This document shows positions 21,624 through 31,232 of a stretch of 64,000 nt of DNA, piece by piece. The notes under the pieces were generated by a model. It saw nothing but the letters and a program-made list of their open reading frames with translations, ran no database searches and was not told the origin of the DNA. The stretch covers positions 448,001 to 512,000 of the forward strand of contig CAVXJS010000009.1 in NCBI GenBank assembly GCA_963762145.1, in the 5' to 3' direction. Both the position numbers and the translations under genes were made by a program. Source of the DNA: an uncultured Candidatus Rokubacteria bacterium. GTDB taxonomy: Bacteria; Methylomirabilota; Methylomirabilia; Rokubacteriales; CSP1-6. The first letter of the stretch is position 1, and every line of letters begins with the position of its first letter.

Positions 21624-22229
21624 TCAGTGGCGATGGCCGGGAAGCAGCTCCCCCTTCGCCATGGCCAGGTGATGGGGGCCGTGGTGGCCGCCCTGCACCA
21701 GGAGCCCGGCGAAGCCGAGAGCGCGGATCCGCGTGACGGTCGCGGCGTCCGCGGGCTGCCGCGCGGTCACGGTGAGACGGAGGCCGCCGGGAATCGGCTC
21801 GGTCCTGGCGGTCCAGTCGGGCATGTGGTCCAGCTCGCGCGCGTGCGGCGCGAGCATGGCGCGGATGGCCCGCTCGGTCCGCGCCGCGCCGGTGACGTCC
21901 ATGGCCAGGCCGCCGGGTACCGCGTTCGTCTTCACGCTCGACCGCAGCACGATCTCGTTCATGTCGATCAGATGCTGCCGCAACCGCTCGAGATCGACGC
22001 GGCTCCAGTCGGTGCCGGGGTCGGCCTCCAGCCGGCGCACCACCTCGGCGATCGCGCCGAACGCGTCCTGCCCCGGCATCGTCGGCGCGCCCTCCGGCCC
22101 GGCCACGCGATGGCCGTGCGTCTGGTGTGGCGCGGCCGGCGGCGCGGGCGGGCCCTGGGCCAGCAGCGGCGGCGTGATCAGCAGAGCGCCGAGGCCGAGG
22201 CTCAGCGCGATCGTGATGGGTCTGGACAT
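21624..22229 (-). CDS. Secreted His-rich hypothetical protein (possible metal binding)
   Basis: Signal peptide, [24 protein letters not shown]...HRH; AGGAGG RBS. Confidence 0.75.
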   Translation of the reverse strand: MSRPITIALSLGLGALLITPPLLAQGPPAPPAAPHQTHGHRVAGPEGAPTMPGQDAFGAIAEVVRRLEADPGTDWSRVDLERLRQHLIDMNEIVLRSSVKTNAVPGGLAMDVTGAARTERAIRAMLAPHARELDHMPDWTARTEPIPGGLRLTVTARQPADAATVTRIRALGFAGLLVQGGHHGPHHLAMAKGELLPGHRH

Positions 22230-22253
22230 CGTCCCCTCCTGGTTGCGCCCATC

Positions 22254-22904
22254 TTACCCCAGGGAGTCGGCGGCGAACGCCCGGACCCATCGGGCCATGG
22301 CCTCCACGTCGCCTCGCGTGACCGCGTCCGATCTGCCCTGGTCCGCGTGGTCGCGGAGGAGGGCCAGCCCGGTGATGCGCTCCTTCGAGCGCGTGCTGTA
22401 GGCCCCGGTCTTGGCCAGCTCCGCATTGAGGCTCTCGATCGTGGCCGTGGGCGGCGGGACGAACCCGCGCGCCTCGCACAGCTTCCGCAGGGCCCGCTCG
22501 AGCACCGCGCCGACCAGCGATGCGGCGGGAAGATGGTGCCCCGCCGCGAGCAGGCCCTCCGCCTGGCCGATGAAGCTGCCGAGCACGTCGGCCTCGATGA
22601 CGTGCCGGAATTCGAAAAAGTGGCCCTCTCCGAAGTCTTTCGCGGCCGCCAGGAGCACCCCTTGCAGACGTGGCACGTACGCGGCGGGCTGGTCGATCCG
22701 GGCGAGCTCCAGCAGCGCCCGGTAGTGCTCGGAGCCTTCGCCGCAGGCCCGGCGGATGAGGTTTCTCGTCCGCAGCATCAACTCCGCCGACCGCACGCGA
22801 TTGGGGAACTTCTCCTTCGCGTCGGACAGGAGCGACTCGCAGAACGCGATGAGCGCCTCGAAGTCCCGCAGGATAACCTCGCGGACGGGCAGTGAATCGC
22901 TCAT
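22254..22904 (-). CDS. DUF4145/HEPN-like domain protein
   Basis: [32 protein letters not shown] resembles the HEPN fold with a degenerate Rx4H motif. Confidence 0.6.
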   Translation of the reverse strand: MSDSLPVREVILRDFEALIAFCESLLSDAKEKFPNRVRSAELMLRTRNLIRRACGEGSEHYRALLELARIDQPAAYVPRLQGVLLAAAKDFGEGHFFEFRHVIEADVLGSFIGQAEGLLAAGHHLPAASLVGAVLERALRKLCEARGFVPPPTATIESLNAELAKTGAYSTRSKERITGLALLRDHADQGRSDAVTRGDVEAMARWVRAFAADSLG

Positions 22905-23043
22905 TCCGGGCCCCATCTTAAGGGAACGCCTCGAAAAACCGCGTACTTTGCGTCCCCCCGCGTCGGGCGCGGTTGACATCGGTCCGCGCGGCGGCTACAG
23001 TCCCCGCGACCGCCAGATCGATGCTTCACGCGAGGCGGATCCC

Positions 23044-24180
23044 GTGCTGATCGACCTCCGCAACGCTCTCCGCCGGTTCTACGATGCCCAGGGATTCCTG
23101 CTGGGATCCGCGCTCTCGTTCTCGTTCCTGCTGTGCCTCGCGCCCCTGGCCCTGCTGTTCTTCTCGGGCACCGGCTTCCTGCTGGCCTCCGACCGGGCGG
23201 CCGGATCCGTGGTGAAGGTCGCGACCTCGCTGCTGCCCGGCTACAGCGCCGAGATCCTCGGGGTCCTGGATCTCCTCAACGAGGAGCGACGGGTGACGGG
23301 CACGCTCGGCGTGGTCGGCCTCGTCGTCTTCGCCACGCCGCTCTTCGCCCTGACGCGCACCGCCATGAACGCCGCCTTCCGGGTCGAGCGAGCCCGGAGC
23401 ATCGTCCACGGCTTCGCGTTCGACCTCGCCGCGCTCGGGGCGGTCGGCCTGCTCGCCATCGCGCTGGCCTCGGCGCTCCTGCTGCTCGCCACCTTGTCCG
23501 ACATGGCGGCGACCGTGGGGGTCCCGACGTCGATCCTCTCGAGCGTCTGGGTGCGGTCGATGGCGCCCGCGCTCCTGTACGTGACCGTGCTGGGGCTGCT
23601 GTTCCTCGTTTACCGCACTTTCCCGAACACGCCCGTCTCGACTCGCGCCGCGATCATCACGACCCTGATCGTCGCGGTGCTCTGGGAGATCGCGCGCCTG
23701 GCGTTCGCCGCCTACCTGACCCGCTTCGGCACCTACAACAAGCTCTACGGCTCCTTCGGTGTGATCGCGGCCACGCTCGCGTGGATCTACTACGCGACCG
23801 CGATCTTCGTGTTCGGCGGTGTGCTGACCGCCGTCCTGAGCGAGCGCTACCGTGGCGCGGTGCTCGATCCGCCTCCCGCGGCGAGCCCGCCGGCCGCCCA
23901 GACGACGGGGCCGCCCTCGCGCGTGCCGGCCTATCTGTCCATCGCACTCGGATCCGTCGTGGTCCTGTTCGCGGTTCAGAACGGGGCACCGGTGACCCTC
24001 CACTTTCTCGCCTGGGCCTTCGTCGACATCCCGCTCGCCGGAGTGGTCCTCGGCACGCTTGGCGCGGGCGCCTTGGTCGCGGCCGTGCCGCTCGGGATGG
24101 CCTACACCCGGCTGCGTTCCAGGCTGCACGCGGCGGAGGCCCGGCGGCGGGCTTCCGAGTCCAGCGACTACGAGCGGTAG
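23044..24180 (+). CDS. YihY/BrkB family membrane protein with C-terminal LapA (DUF1049)-like domain
   Basis: YRTFPN, WEIAR..F..Y, YNKLYGSFG, WIYY; tail LFAVQN..PVTLHFLAW..IPL. Promoter TTGACA-N17-TACAGT at 22973-23001. Confidence 0.82.
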   Translation: MLIDLRNALRRFYDAQGFLLGSALSFSFLLCLAPLALLFFSGTGFLLASDRAAGSVVKVATSLLPGYSAEILGVLDLLNEERRVTGTLGVVGLVVFATPLFALTRTAMNAAFRVERARSIVHGFAFDLAALGAVGLLAIALASALLLLATLSDMAATVGVPTSILSSVWVRSMAPALLYVTVLGLLFLVYRTFPNTPVSTRAAIITTLIVAVLWEIARLAFAAYLTRFGTYNKLYGSFGVIAATLAWIYYATAIFVFGGVLTAVLSERYRGAVLDPPPAASPPAAQTTGPPSRVPAYLSIALGSVVVLFAVQNGAPVTLHFLAWAFVDIPLAGVVLGTLGAGALVAAVPLGMAYTRLRSRLHAAEARRRASESSDYER

Positions 24181-24280
24181 GCTGCCAGGCGCCTCCTCAT
24201 CGAAGGTGGCCGCTCGGATCGATCTGATCAGGAGGGCCACGCGCGCCCACGGGAGCAGGTACGGGAGCTGGTTCACTCGA

Positions 24281-26150
24281 TCACCGGGCTGACGCTACAA
24301 GGTGAAGCCGAAAAATCGCGCCTCCGGTCGGGCTGTTGTCGACGAGCAGACGACCGCCGTGAGCGTGGACGATGGCGCGGCTGATCGCCAGCCCCATACC
24401 GAGCCCGTCGTGCTTGGTGGTGAAGAACGGCTCGAAGATCCGATCGCGGTCAGCTTCCGCGATGCCCTTGCCCGAATCGTGCACGCCGAGCTCGAGGTAC
24501 GGCGCCGACGCGGCCGATGTCCACACGGTCACCTTCCGCGTCGGGGCTCCTTCGTTCGCCGCGGCACTGATCGCATTGGTGAGCAGGTTCAAGATCACTT
24601 GCTGGATCTGCACCCTGTCGCCGTACGTGACCGGGAGGGCGGCCGCAGAGGAGAATTCGATGCTGACGGCATGCAGCAGTGCATCGTTCGCGACCAGGCG
24701 GATCGTGTCTGCCGCGAGGTCGTTAAGCGCGAGAGGCGTCCTGACAAACTCGGCCTTCTTGAGCAGTTGCCGCACGCGTTGGATCACTGCGTCCGCTCGC
24801 CGGTCATCGCTGACGATGTCGTCGAGACACGATCGCAACTCGTCGAGTGTCGGCCCTGCACTCGCCAGCAGGCGCTTCGCCGCTTGCGCATTGGTGAGGA
24901 TGCCCGTCAGCGGTTGGCGCAGCTCGTGCGCGAGCGATGCGACAAGCTGGCCCATGGCGCCAAGGCGGTCGAGATGAACAATCTGACTCAGGTGGAGCTG
25001 CGCGGCCCTCTCGGCCTGCCGTAGCGCTGCCTGGGCCTCGCGGCGGCGTCGGCGCTGAACGAGCAGCGTGACGATGAGTGCCGCCTGCGTCGCGATGAGT
25101 CCTGCCGCGCTCACGATATGCCAGCGGTATTCCTGCCAGAGCGTCGGCTGGCGGAAGAGGATCACGCTGCCTGGCGGCAGGCGATTCTCGCTGATATTCC
25201 ACCGTCGCAGCTCCCGCCAGTCGTACCGCGGGCTCAGAGCCGGGATGACCTGGGGAGGGAGCCTGGAGATCGGTTCCCCGCGCAGGACCCGAATGGCGAT
25301 ACGGGCCGACGCCTCGCCCTGGGCTTCGGCCTGGTAGAGACGGCCACCAACCAGCCCCAGCCCCAGCTGGTTCTGGTAGAGGCCATTGATGGGCGCGTTG
25401 GCCACCGCGTGGAGCTGCTGGAGCGCTTCGTCCTGGTTGTGGGTCACGCCCGACGCATCGCGGATGAGCAGGGCGAGGAGGATGAACGAGCGCGGAGGCA
25501 ACGTGGCCACCCGCTGCAGCAGCTCGTCGAACGACAGGTCGTTGAGCCAGCTGAAGCGTACGCGGTCCTGGAAGGGCTCGAACGCCTTCTGAAAGATCGT
25601 CGTCCAGAACCGCTCGAGCGGGGAGGCCCCGATCACGACGGCGATGTGGTTCGTGTCGGGCGCCAGCTGCAGAATGTCCTCGACCAGGCCCGCGAGGTCG
25701 AACGACTCGCCGACGAAGGTGGCGTTGCTCTTGAACGCGTCATCAGGCAGCGTGCGCCGGTCCATGCCGGTGTAGATGATGGGCGCCCCTGGAAAGAGAC
25801 GGTCCCGATATTTCACCACGAAGCGACCAGCCGGCGATCCGATCGGCACCACCAGATCGGGATGCCACTTCGCGAGACGCGCGAGCAGGAACTCGACGAA
25901 CGGGCCCTCCATGTCCGGCTGCGCGTAGCGGGCCATGTCCAGGGAGACCTCGTCCATGTCGACGCCGCTCCCCCAGCTCCTTGGTCAGCGTGGTCTGGAA
26001 GGCGGTCGAGTGCGTCGTGAACGGGGGCGCCGTGCTCCCGAAGGAGTGGACGATGAGGACGCGCTTGGGCTGAGGCTCCGCCCCGTTGGAGGCACTGGCA
26101 GTGAGCGCCAACAGGAGGAGGCCGAGCGATAGCCTGCCCCAGGTCGTCAT
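24281..26150 (-). CDS. Sensor histidine kinase with periplasmic ABC-substrate-binding-like domain, frameshift near 25970
   Basis: Signal peptide, KRVLIVHSF, YDWRELRRW, one TM, H-box AHELRQPL, NLLTNA, DSGKG, FEPFFTTK, GLGMGL. Confidence 0.88.
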
Positions 26151-26415
26151 TTGGCGGCGACAGAATCGCATAGAGCGAATGGCCCTACAAGGCTCGTGGG
26201 ACCGCTCCCAATCCCTTGCACAGGCTTCACCGCGTTCCAACCATTAGGTCCGCAGCATGAAGACTGCGACCGGGTCTGCTTGTGAGCTTACAAATCGAGT
26301 TGCTCGAACAGACCTATCCCGGATTTGAGGAACGGCTCATGAGGTTCCAGGGTGGCACAGAGCGAGCATCAGACTAGACGAGGCGCTCGGGGGCCGGCTA
26401 ACTCCGTATGGTAAA

Positions 26416-26459
26416 TGGTAGGCGGGGGAGGATCGAACTCCCGACCCCGGCCTTGTAAG
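26416..26459 (-). repeat. att site: duplicate of the 3' half of tRNA-Val (anticodon loop to CCA)
   Basis: TGGTAGGCGGGGGAGGATCGAACTCCCGACCCCGGCCTTGTAAG matches 28221-28265 except for one G in the homopolymer. Confidence 0.93.
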
Positions 26460-26552
26460 CGCGTCTCGCCCCTACCGGCTACTGTTGGTGATGCTGCTAT
26501 TCCGGTGACTTAGCGCTGACCATTGTTGGTACTGTTGGCCGGTTTTGGCACT

Positions 26553-26688
26553 TCAACTGGCACTGGTTTTCTGCGCCGCTTCGAGCATGCGCATGGCATC
26601 GCGCAGGTGACTGGGCGAGAGGTGCTGGTAGCGCATCGTCATATGCGGGTCGCGGTGCCCGAGGATCTCCATGATCGCCCGCTGCGGC
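26553..26688 (-). pseudogene. Tyrosine recombinase/integrase C-terminal fragment
   Basis: PQRAIMEILGHRDPHMTMRYQHLSPSHLRDAM = box II LGH-x5-T-x2-Y with catalytic Tyr; transcribed toward att. Confidence 0.85.
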
Positions 26689-26904
26689 ATCGTGTCGGCG
26701 GTGATGGCGGCCGGCACCGCGCTCGTGGGGTGGTTCCAGCGCGGCACCGCGCTCTACCGCAAGCGCGGCTACCGCATCGAGCTGGGGCAGCCGAACGACT
26801 ATTTCCTCAAGAACATGACCGCGATTAGGGCGGAAGTACGCGAGACGCTGGCGATCTACAAGCCCTCTGCTTTCGCGAAGGTGGCCGGGCTCACCCCGGC
26901 CCGA
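26689..26904 (+). pseudogene. HK97-family phage major capsid protein C-terminal fragment
   Basis: MAAGTALVGWF..DYFLKNMTAIRAEVRETLAIYKPSAFAKV matches the typical F.KN...IRAE.R..LAV..P.AF capsid terminus. Confidence 0.8.
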
Positions 26905-27189
26905 CGGGCGCCCGACCGAGAATCCGCTCGTGGTGGTATTCTCGTGCCGGCATGGCGACTTCTTGGCGCATCGAGTGCTCACCGTGCCGGAGGCTGGGTT
27001 ACGCCGATCGGCGCGCGGATGCGGATCGCATGGCCAAGGACCATGTTCAAGGCGACAGTACGAAAGCCCATTCCGTGACCGTCGAGCGCGGGTCAGCGGA
27101 CCCTCCACCGGTCAGCGGGCGACGCTAACGATGAGTCGCGCTCGATGACGTCCTAATGGCGTGGGCGCAGTGCCGCTGAGCTGACGCGC

Positions 27190-28073
27190 GTGTACCCAGC
27201 CACTTTCTTCGGTCTATTCCCCGCCTTTCCAAGGAACCTTCGTGTATTCGTCGCGATGAGCTTTGATCGGGCCTATGAGGCGCGTTGGCTCAATGTCATT
27301 TCGCGGGCAGTCAACCTCATCGAGATAAACGGGCAGCCGCTGGAGCCTCATCGTGTCGACTTTCGGAGCGCCGGCGATTCGATCCTGACGGAGATCCTTG
27401 ACGGAATCGCTCAATGTCGTACCTTCGTGGCCGATATCACATCGATTGGTGACATTGGAGGGCGACCAGTCCGAAACGCGAATGTCATGTATGAGGTTGG
27501 GCTCGCTCATGCGATGCGGCAGCCTGAGGAAGTGCTGTTGTTTAGATCGGACGAACACCCGCTAATGTTTGACATTTCCAATGTTCGTGTCCACCGGTAC
27601 GATCCCGATGGCTCGCCAGATTCGGCCACGGAGCTTGTCAGGGACAAGATAGCGCAATCGCTCCGCGAGATAGACTTGAGGAAGAATCTAGCGGTCAGAC
27701 GGATTGCGACGGCGCTTGACTATCGCAGTTGGATGACACTTGGGAAACGATGGGCAAGCCTATCCAGCACCCACAACTGGTAACCATGGGGCAGGCTGTC
27801 GCAGGAATAGCCCGGTCACAAGCGATTTCGCGGCTGCTTGATGTTGGAGCCTTAGAGGTTGAATTCGCCAAGATCTCCCCGGCGCTCGTCAGGGACACCA
27901 CGCGAAAGGGAGAAGACCTCGTCAGCTACAAGGTCACTCCACTCGGAGTAGCCCTTGTAGAGTACGCGGCCCGAGAACTGAACCTGCACTCACCCGACGT
28001 CCGCGAGATGGTTGAGGATGAGATCAGAAATCCTCCGAATCCGAATCCGGGCACGCCAAGGCAACAAGGATAG
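27190..28073 (+). CDS. Nucleoside 2-deoxyribosyltransferase-like (NDT/TIR-like) protein, frameshift near 27745
   Basis: VFVAMSF, RVD, ILDGIAQCRTFVADIT, NANVMYEVGLAHA, LMFDI. The two ORFs 27190-27783 and 27729-28073 overlap. Confidence 0.75.
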
Positions 28074-28220
28074 CAGGGTGCGGTGGGCGGATAGCAGGGC
28101 GGGACGGCAAGGTGACCAGACTCGGCTTCAGCAGCGTGCCCCACGGGCTTTCTGCACTGGCACTATTTCGGCACCGGGGGGAACCGACAGATCAGCGGTG
28201 TACTCCAGGGACCTGATAGT

Positions 28221-28296
28221 TGGTAGGCGGGGGGAGGATCGAACTCCCGACCCCGGCCTTGTAAGGGCCGTGCTCTCCCAGCTGAGCTACCCGCCT
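28221..28296 (-). tRNA. tRNA-Val(TAC)
   Basis: AGGCGGGTAGCTCAGCTGGGAGAGCACGGCCCTTACAAGGCCGGGGTCGGGAGTTCGATCCTCCCCCCGCCTACCA; 76-nt cloverleaf with encoded CCA. Confidence 0.98.
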
Positions 28297-28366
28297 ATCG
28301 TTGGAATATCCGAGGCTTCCACGAAGAAGTCTATCGTCTCCGAATTGATCGTGCGCGGAATTGTGC

Positions 28367-30169
28367 TCACGGACTCTCGGTGCGTCGCCGAGCGCTGCCT
28401 TTGAGGAGCCAGTCGATCGCCGCGGCAGGGTCCGAGGGCTCCGCCTGCGCCTCCACGGCCACTGGCTCGGACCGGCGCACCGGAGCCGGGATCGCGGCGT
28501 GCGTCTCGGGTGCCGCGACGCGGCGCGCCGGAATCGGTTGAGGCATGCGAGCAGGCCGCGGAGGCGCGTCCTGGACGACGACAGGCGTCGCAACGACCGG
28601 CTCGGCGGGCTTGCGGTCAACGGACAGGACCGGATCCCGCCGCATGCCTTCGTCGGGCGAGAGCAGAGCGTCGGGTCGCGGGCGCGGGCCCAGGAACAGG
28701 AGCGATGAGACGATCACGACTCCGCTCACGATCCCGGCGCAGACCCTGGGATGGGCGCGGGCGCCGGCGGGAATGGTCCCGACGAGGTGGCCGACGGCCC
28801 GGGCGGACGAGGCAGCGACCGCGGACATCCGTCCCCCGAACCGGACGAGGACGTCGCGGAGTCGCAGGGCCCCAAGCCAGCAGATCGCAATCACCCGGCC
28901 CGCCGCTCGCACCGATTCTCCGATGAAGCGCGACATCAGCCCGAGGAGCGCGCCGGCCGCCACGGCCGCGGCGCGCGCAGCCCCGTGACAGGCCATCATC
29001 AGCGCCGCGCCGAGCCGGGTCAGCCCGCGCGCCGAGCGCGCGCCGGCGCGTCCGGCGTGCGCGACCAGACGGGGAATGGTCCCGACGAGGCGGGCGACGG
29101 CCCAGCCCGCCGTCCGCACGGCCTTCGCGAGGGAGCGCCACACCAGACCGAGGATCGCGCCAGCCGCCCCGCCCACGGCGCGTCCGGCACCGTGACACGC
29201 GATCATCGCCGCCGAGCCAAGCCGGGTCAGTCCGCGCGCCGAGCGCGCACCGGCGAGTCCGGCGTGCGCGACCAGGCCGGGAATGGTCCCGACGAGGCGG
29301 GCGACGGCCCAGCCCGCCGTCCGCACGGCTTCCGCGAGGGAGCGCCACACCAGGCCGAGGATCGCGCCGGCCGCCCCGCCCACGGCGCGCCCGGCCCCGT
29401 GGCACGCCATCATCGCCGCCGCCCCGAGCCGGGTCAGCCCGCGCGCCGAGCGCGCGCCGGCAAACCGGGCGCGATCGACCAGGCCGGGAATGGTCCCGAC
29501 GAGGTGGCCGCCGGCCCGCGCGAATGGCCCAGCGAGTGACGGCACCCACCCCCCGACACGGACGAGGACGTCGCGGGTTCGCACGACACCGAGCCAGCAG
29601 GTCACCGCCACCCGGCCCGCCGCGCGCACGGTTGCGCCGAGGGATCGCGACACCAGCCCGAGAATCGCGCCGCCCGTCTCACCCGCGGCGCGTACCGCCC
29701 CATGGCAGGCGATCATCGCCGCCGAGCCAAGCCGCCCCGCCAGGCGCGCCGCGCGCACGCAGACGAACCGGACGCCGTCGACCAGGCCGGCGACGGCTCG
29801 AGCGGGTAGCATGACGAGCATCCGCAACCGCGACGCGAGCCAGGAGAGCCCGGCCCACGTGCCCTCGATCCCCCTCACACCCGCTCGCGTGGACACGACC
29901 AGCGAGCTCGATGTGAGCAGGCGGAGCCGGGTCGGCACGCCGAGGACCTGCGTCAGCTCGGTCCGGATGGTCTCACGCGCGGCACGCGCGACGATCGCCA
30001 GGTTGACGGGAGGCGGCTCAACGCTCGGAGGGGCGAGCGTGAACGACGCGCGCTCCGCCCGGCAGTCCGCGCATTGCGCGATGTGGACGTGCGCGAGCGC
30101 CCGTTCGGTCAGACTCGTTCCGTCGCGCGAAGAGACCGAGTGCTGCTCTCGAACCTCGTGGCAGTTCAT
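28367..30169 (-). CDS. Hypothetical protein: zf-HC2-like N-terminus, four internal repeats, TM helix, Pro-rich tail
   Basis: MNCHEVRE..HIAQCADC; four ACHG repeats; TM GIVSGVVIVSSLLFLG; terminal DPAAAIDWLLKG. Repeat lengths preserve frame. Confidence 0.65.
   Translation of the reverse strand: MNCHEVREQHSVSSRDGTSLTERALAHVHIAQCADCRAERASFTLAPPSVEPPPVNLAIVARAARETIRTELTQVLGVPTRLRLLTSSSLVVSTRAGVRGIEGTWAGLSWLASRLRMLVMLPARAVAGLVDGVRFVCVRAARLAGRLGSAAMIACHGAVRAAGETGGAILGLVSRSLGATVRAAGRVAVTCWLGVVRTRDVLVRVGGWVPSLAGPFARAGGHLVGTIPGLVDRARFAGARSARGLTRLGAAAMMACHGAGRAVGGAAGAILGLVWRSLAEAVRTAGWAVARLVGTIPGLVAHAGLAGARSARGLTRLGSAAMIACHGAGRAVGGAAGAILGLVWRSLAKAVRTAGWAVARLVGTIPRLVAHAGRAGARSARGLTRLGAALMMACHGAARAAAVAAGALLGLMSRFIGESVRAAGRVIAICWLGALRLRDVLVRFGGRMSAVAASSARAVGHLVGTIPAGARAHPRVCAGIVSGVVIVSSLLFLGPRPRPDALLSPDEGMRRDPVLSVDRKPAEPVVATPVVVQDAPPRPARMPQPIPARRVAAPETHAAIPAPVRRSEPVAVEAQAEPSDPAAAIDWLLKGSARRRTESP
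28760..29760 (-). repeat. Intragenic tandem repeats of 207 bp and 303 bp
   Basis: GAATGGTCCCGACGAGG at 28771, 29074, 29281, 29488 (spacings 303, 207, 207). Confidence 0.9.
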
Positions 30170-30584
30170 GGCCTGCAATCAGCCTTCGACCTACGGTCAG
30201 TCTTGGGAAGGTTCAACCGAGGGCATCGATGCCCTCTCCCTGTTCGCCGCTCAGCCCTCTCCGTCAGTCGGCGTAAGGTCCGTACCTTACCACGCCTCCG
30301 ATCGGGCCGCCCAGATGTCTGGCGGGAATACCCGGGGGAAGAGCTTACCGGGCAGCATCTGCCCCGCGGGGCCCGGACCTGGCCAGGGGGGACGCCCATT
30401 GGCCCCTCTTGAACGCCTGATAAGACACGCATAGGCCTTGCTCGGGGGTCGGGCTATGGCCAGCCCTGACACCGACGACTACGCCGGCGATCAGCCGCAG
30501 GGGCCCGGACCGGACGACGAGCCGCGGATCAAGCCGCCGGCCCGGCGGCGCCCCCGGCGGCCCGCACGTCAGTAACCGCTCCGG

Positions 30585-31232
30585 CTACTTTCGCTGCTGG
30601 TTGCTCGACAGCGCGGCGGCCACGCCCAGGCCGATGTAGAGGCTTCCCGAGATCCAGCGCTCGCTGGCCAGGAAGCGCGGGCTGCCGCGGAGCCACTGCG
30701 CGGCCGCGCCGGCACCGATCGCGTAGAGCGAGTCCGTGATCGCGCCCAGGAGCACGAAGACCACACCCAGCGCCACGATCTGTTCGCCCACGTGCCCGCG
30801 GGAGACCGTCACGAACTGAGGGAGGAAGGCGAGGAAGAACAGGCCGGTCTTCGGGTTCAGGACATTGACGATCACGCCGTCGAGGAAGGCGCGCCGCAGC
30901 CGCTTGGGCTCGCCGGGCGTGACCGCGCCGAGCGGGGTGCGGTCGAGGAGCCGCCGTACCCCGATGAAGATGAGGTAGGCCGCGCCCAGATACTTGACCA
31001 CGCTGAACGCGGTGGCGGAGGCGGCGAGCACCGCCGAGATGCCGGCGGCCGCCGCGAAGATGTGGGCCAGCGTGCCCACGTGCACGCCCAGCACCGAGAC
31101 TAGGCCCGCGCGCCGGCCCTGATCGATGCTGCGGGTGACGATGTAGAGGACCGCGGGACCGGGCGTCAGCAGCAGCACCAGCGCCGCGATCACGAAGAAC
31201 CCGAGGCTCGACCACTCCGGCAGGACCAGCAT
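30585..31232 (-). CDS. LysE/RhtB family translocator
   Basis: TPGPAVLYIV, VKYLGAAYL, NVLNPKTGLFFLAFLPQF. Confidence 0.93.
   Translation of the reverse strand: MLVLPEWSSLGFFVIAALVLLLTPGPAVLYIVTRSIDQGRRAGLVSVLGVHVGTLAHIFAAAAGISAVLAASATAFSVVKYLGAAYLIFIGVRRLLDRTPLGAVTPGEPKRLRRAFLDGVIVNVLNPKTGLFFLAFLPQFVTVSRGHVGEQIVALGVVFVLLGAITDSLYAIGAGAAAQWLRGSPRFLASERWISGSLYIGLGVAAALSSNQQRK

Larger units (their letters stand above)
26416..28265. mobile_element. Collapsed prophage/phage-satellite remnant integrated at tRNA-Val
   Basis: Flanking att repeats, integrase and capsid fragments, and a visibly AT-richer cargo gene. Confidence 0.85.

Noticed and set aside
20167-22479. 770-aa phospholipase D with a long N-terminal extension
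   Set aside because: The extension overlaps two better-supported genes on the same strand.
26416-26459. Second tRNA-Val gene
   Set aside because: Only the 3' half is present; it is an att duplication.
28760-29760. CRISPR array
   Set aside because: Units are 207/303 bp, in-frame and coding, with no unique spacers and no cas genes.
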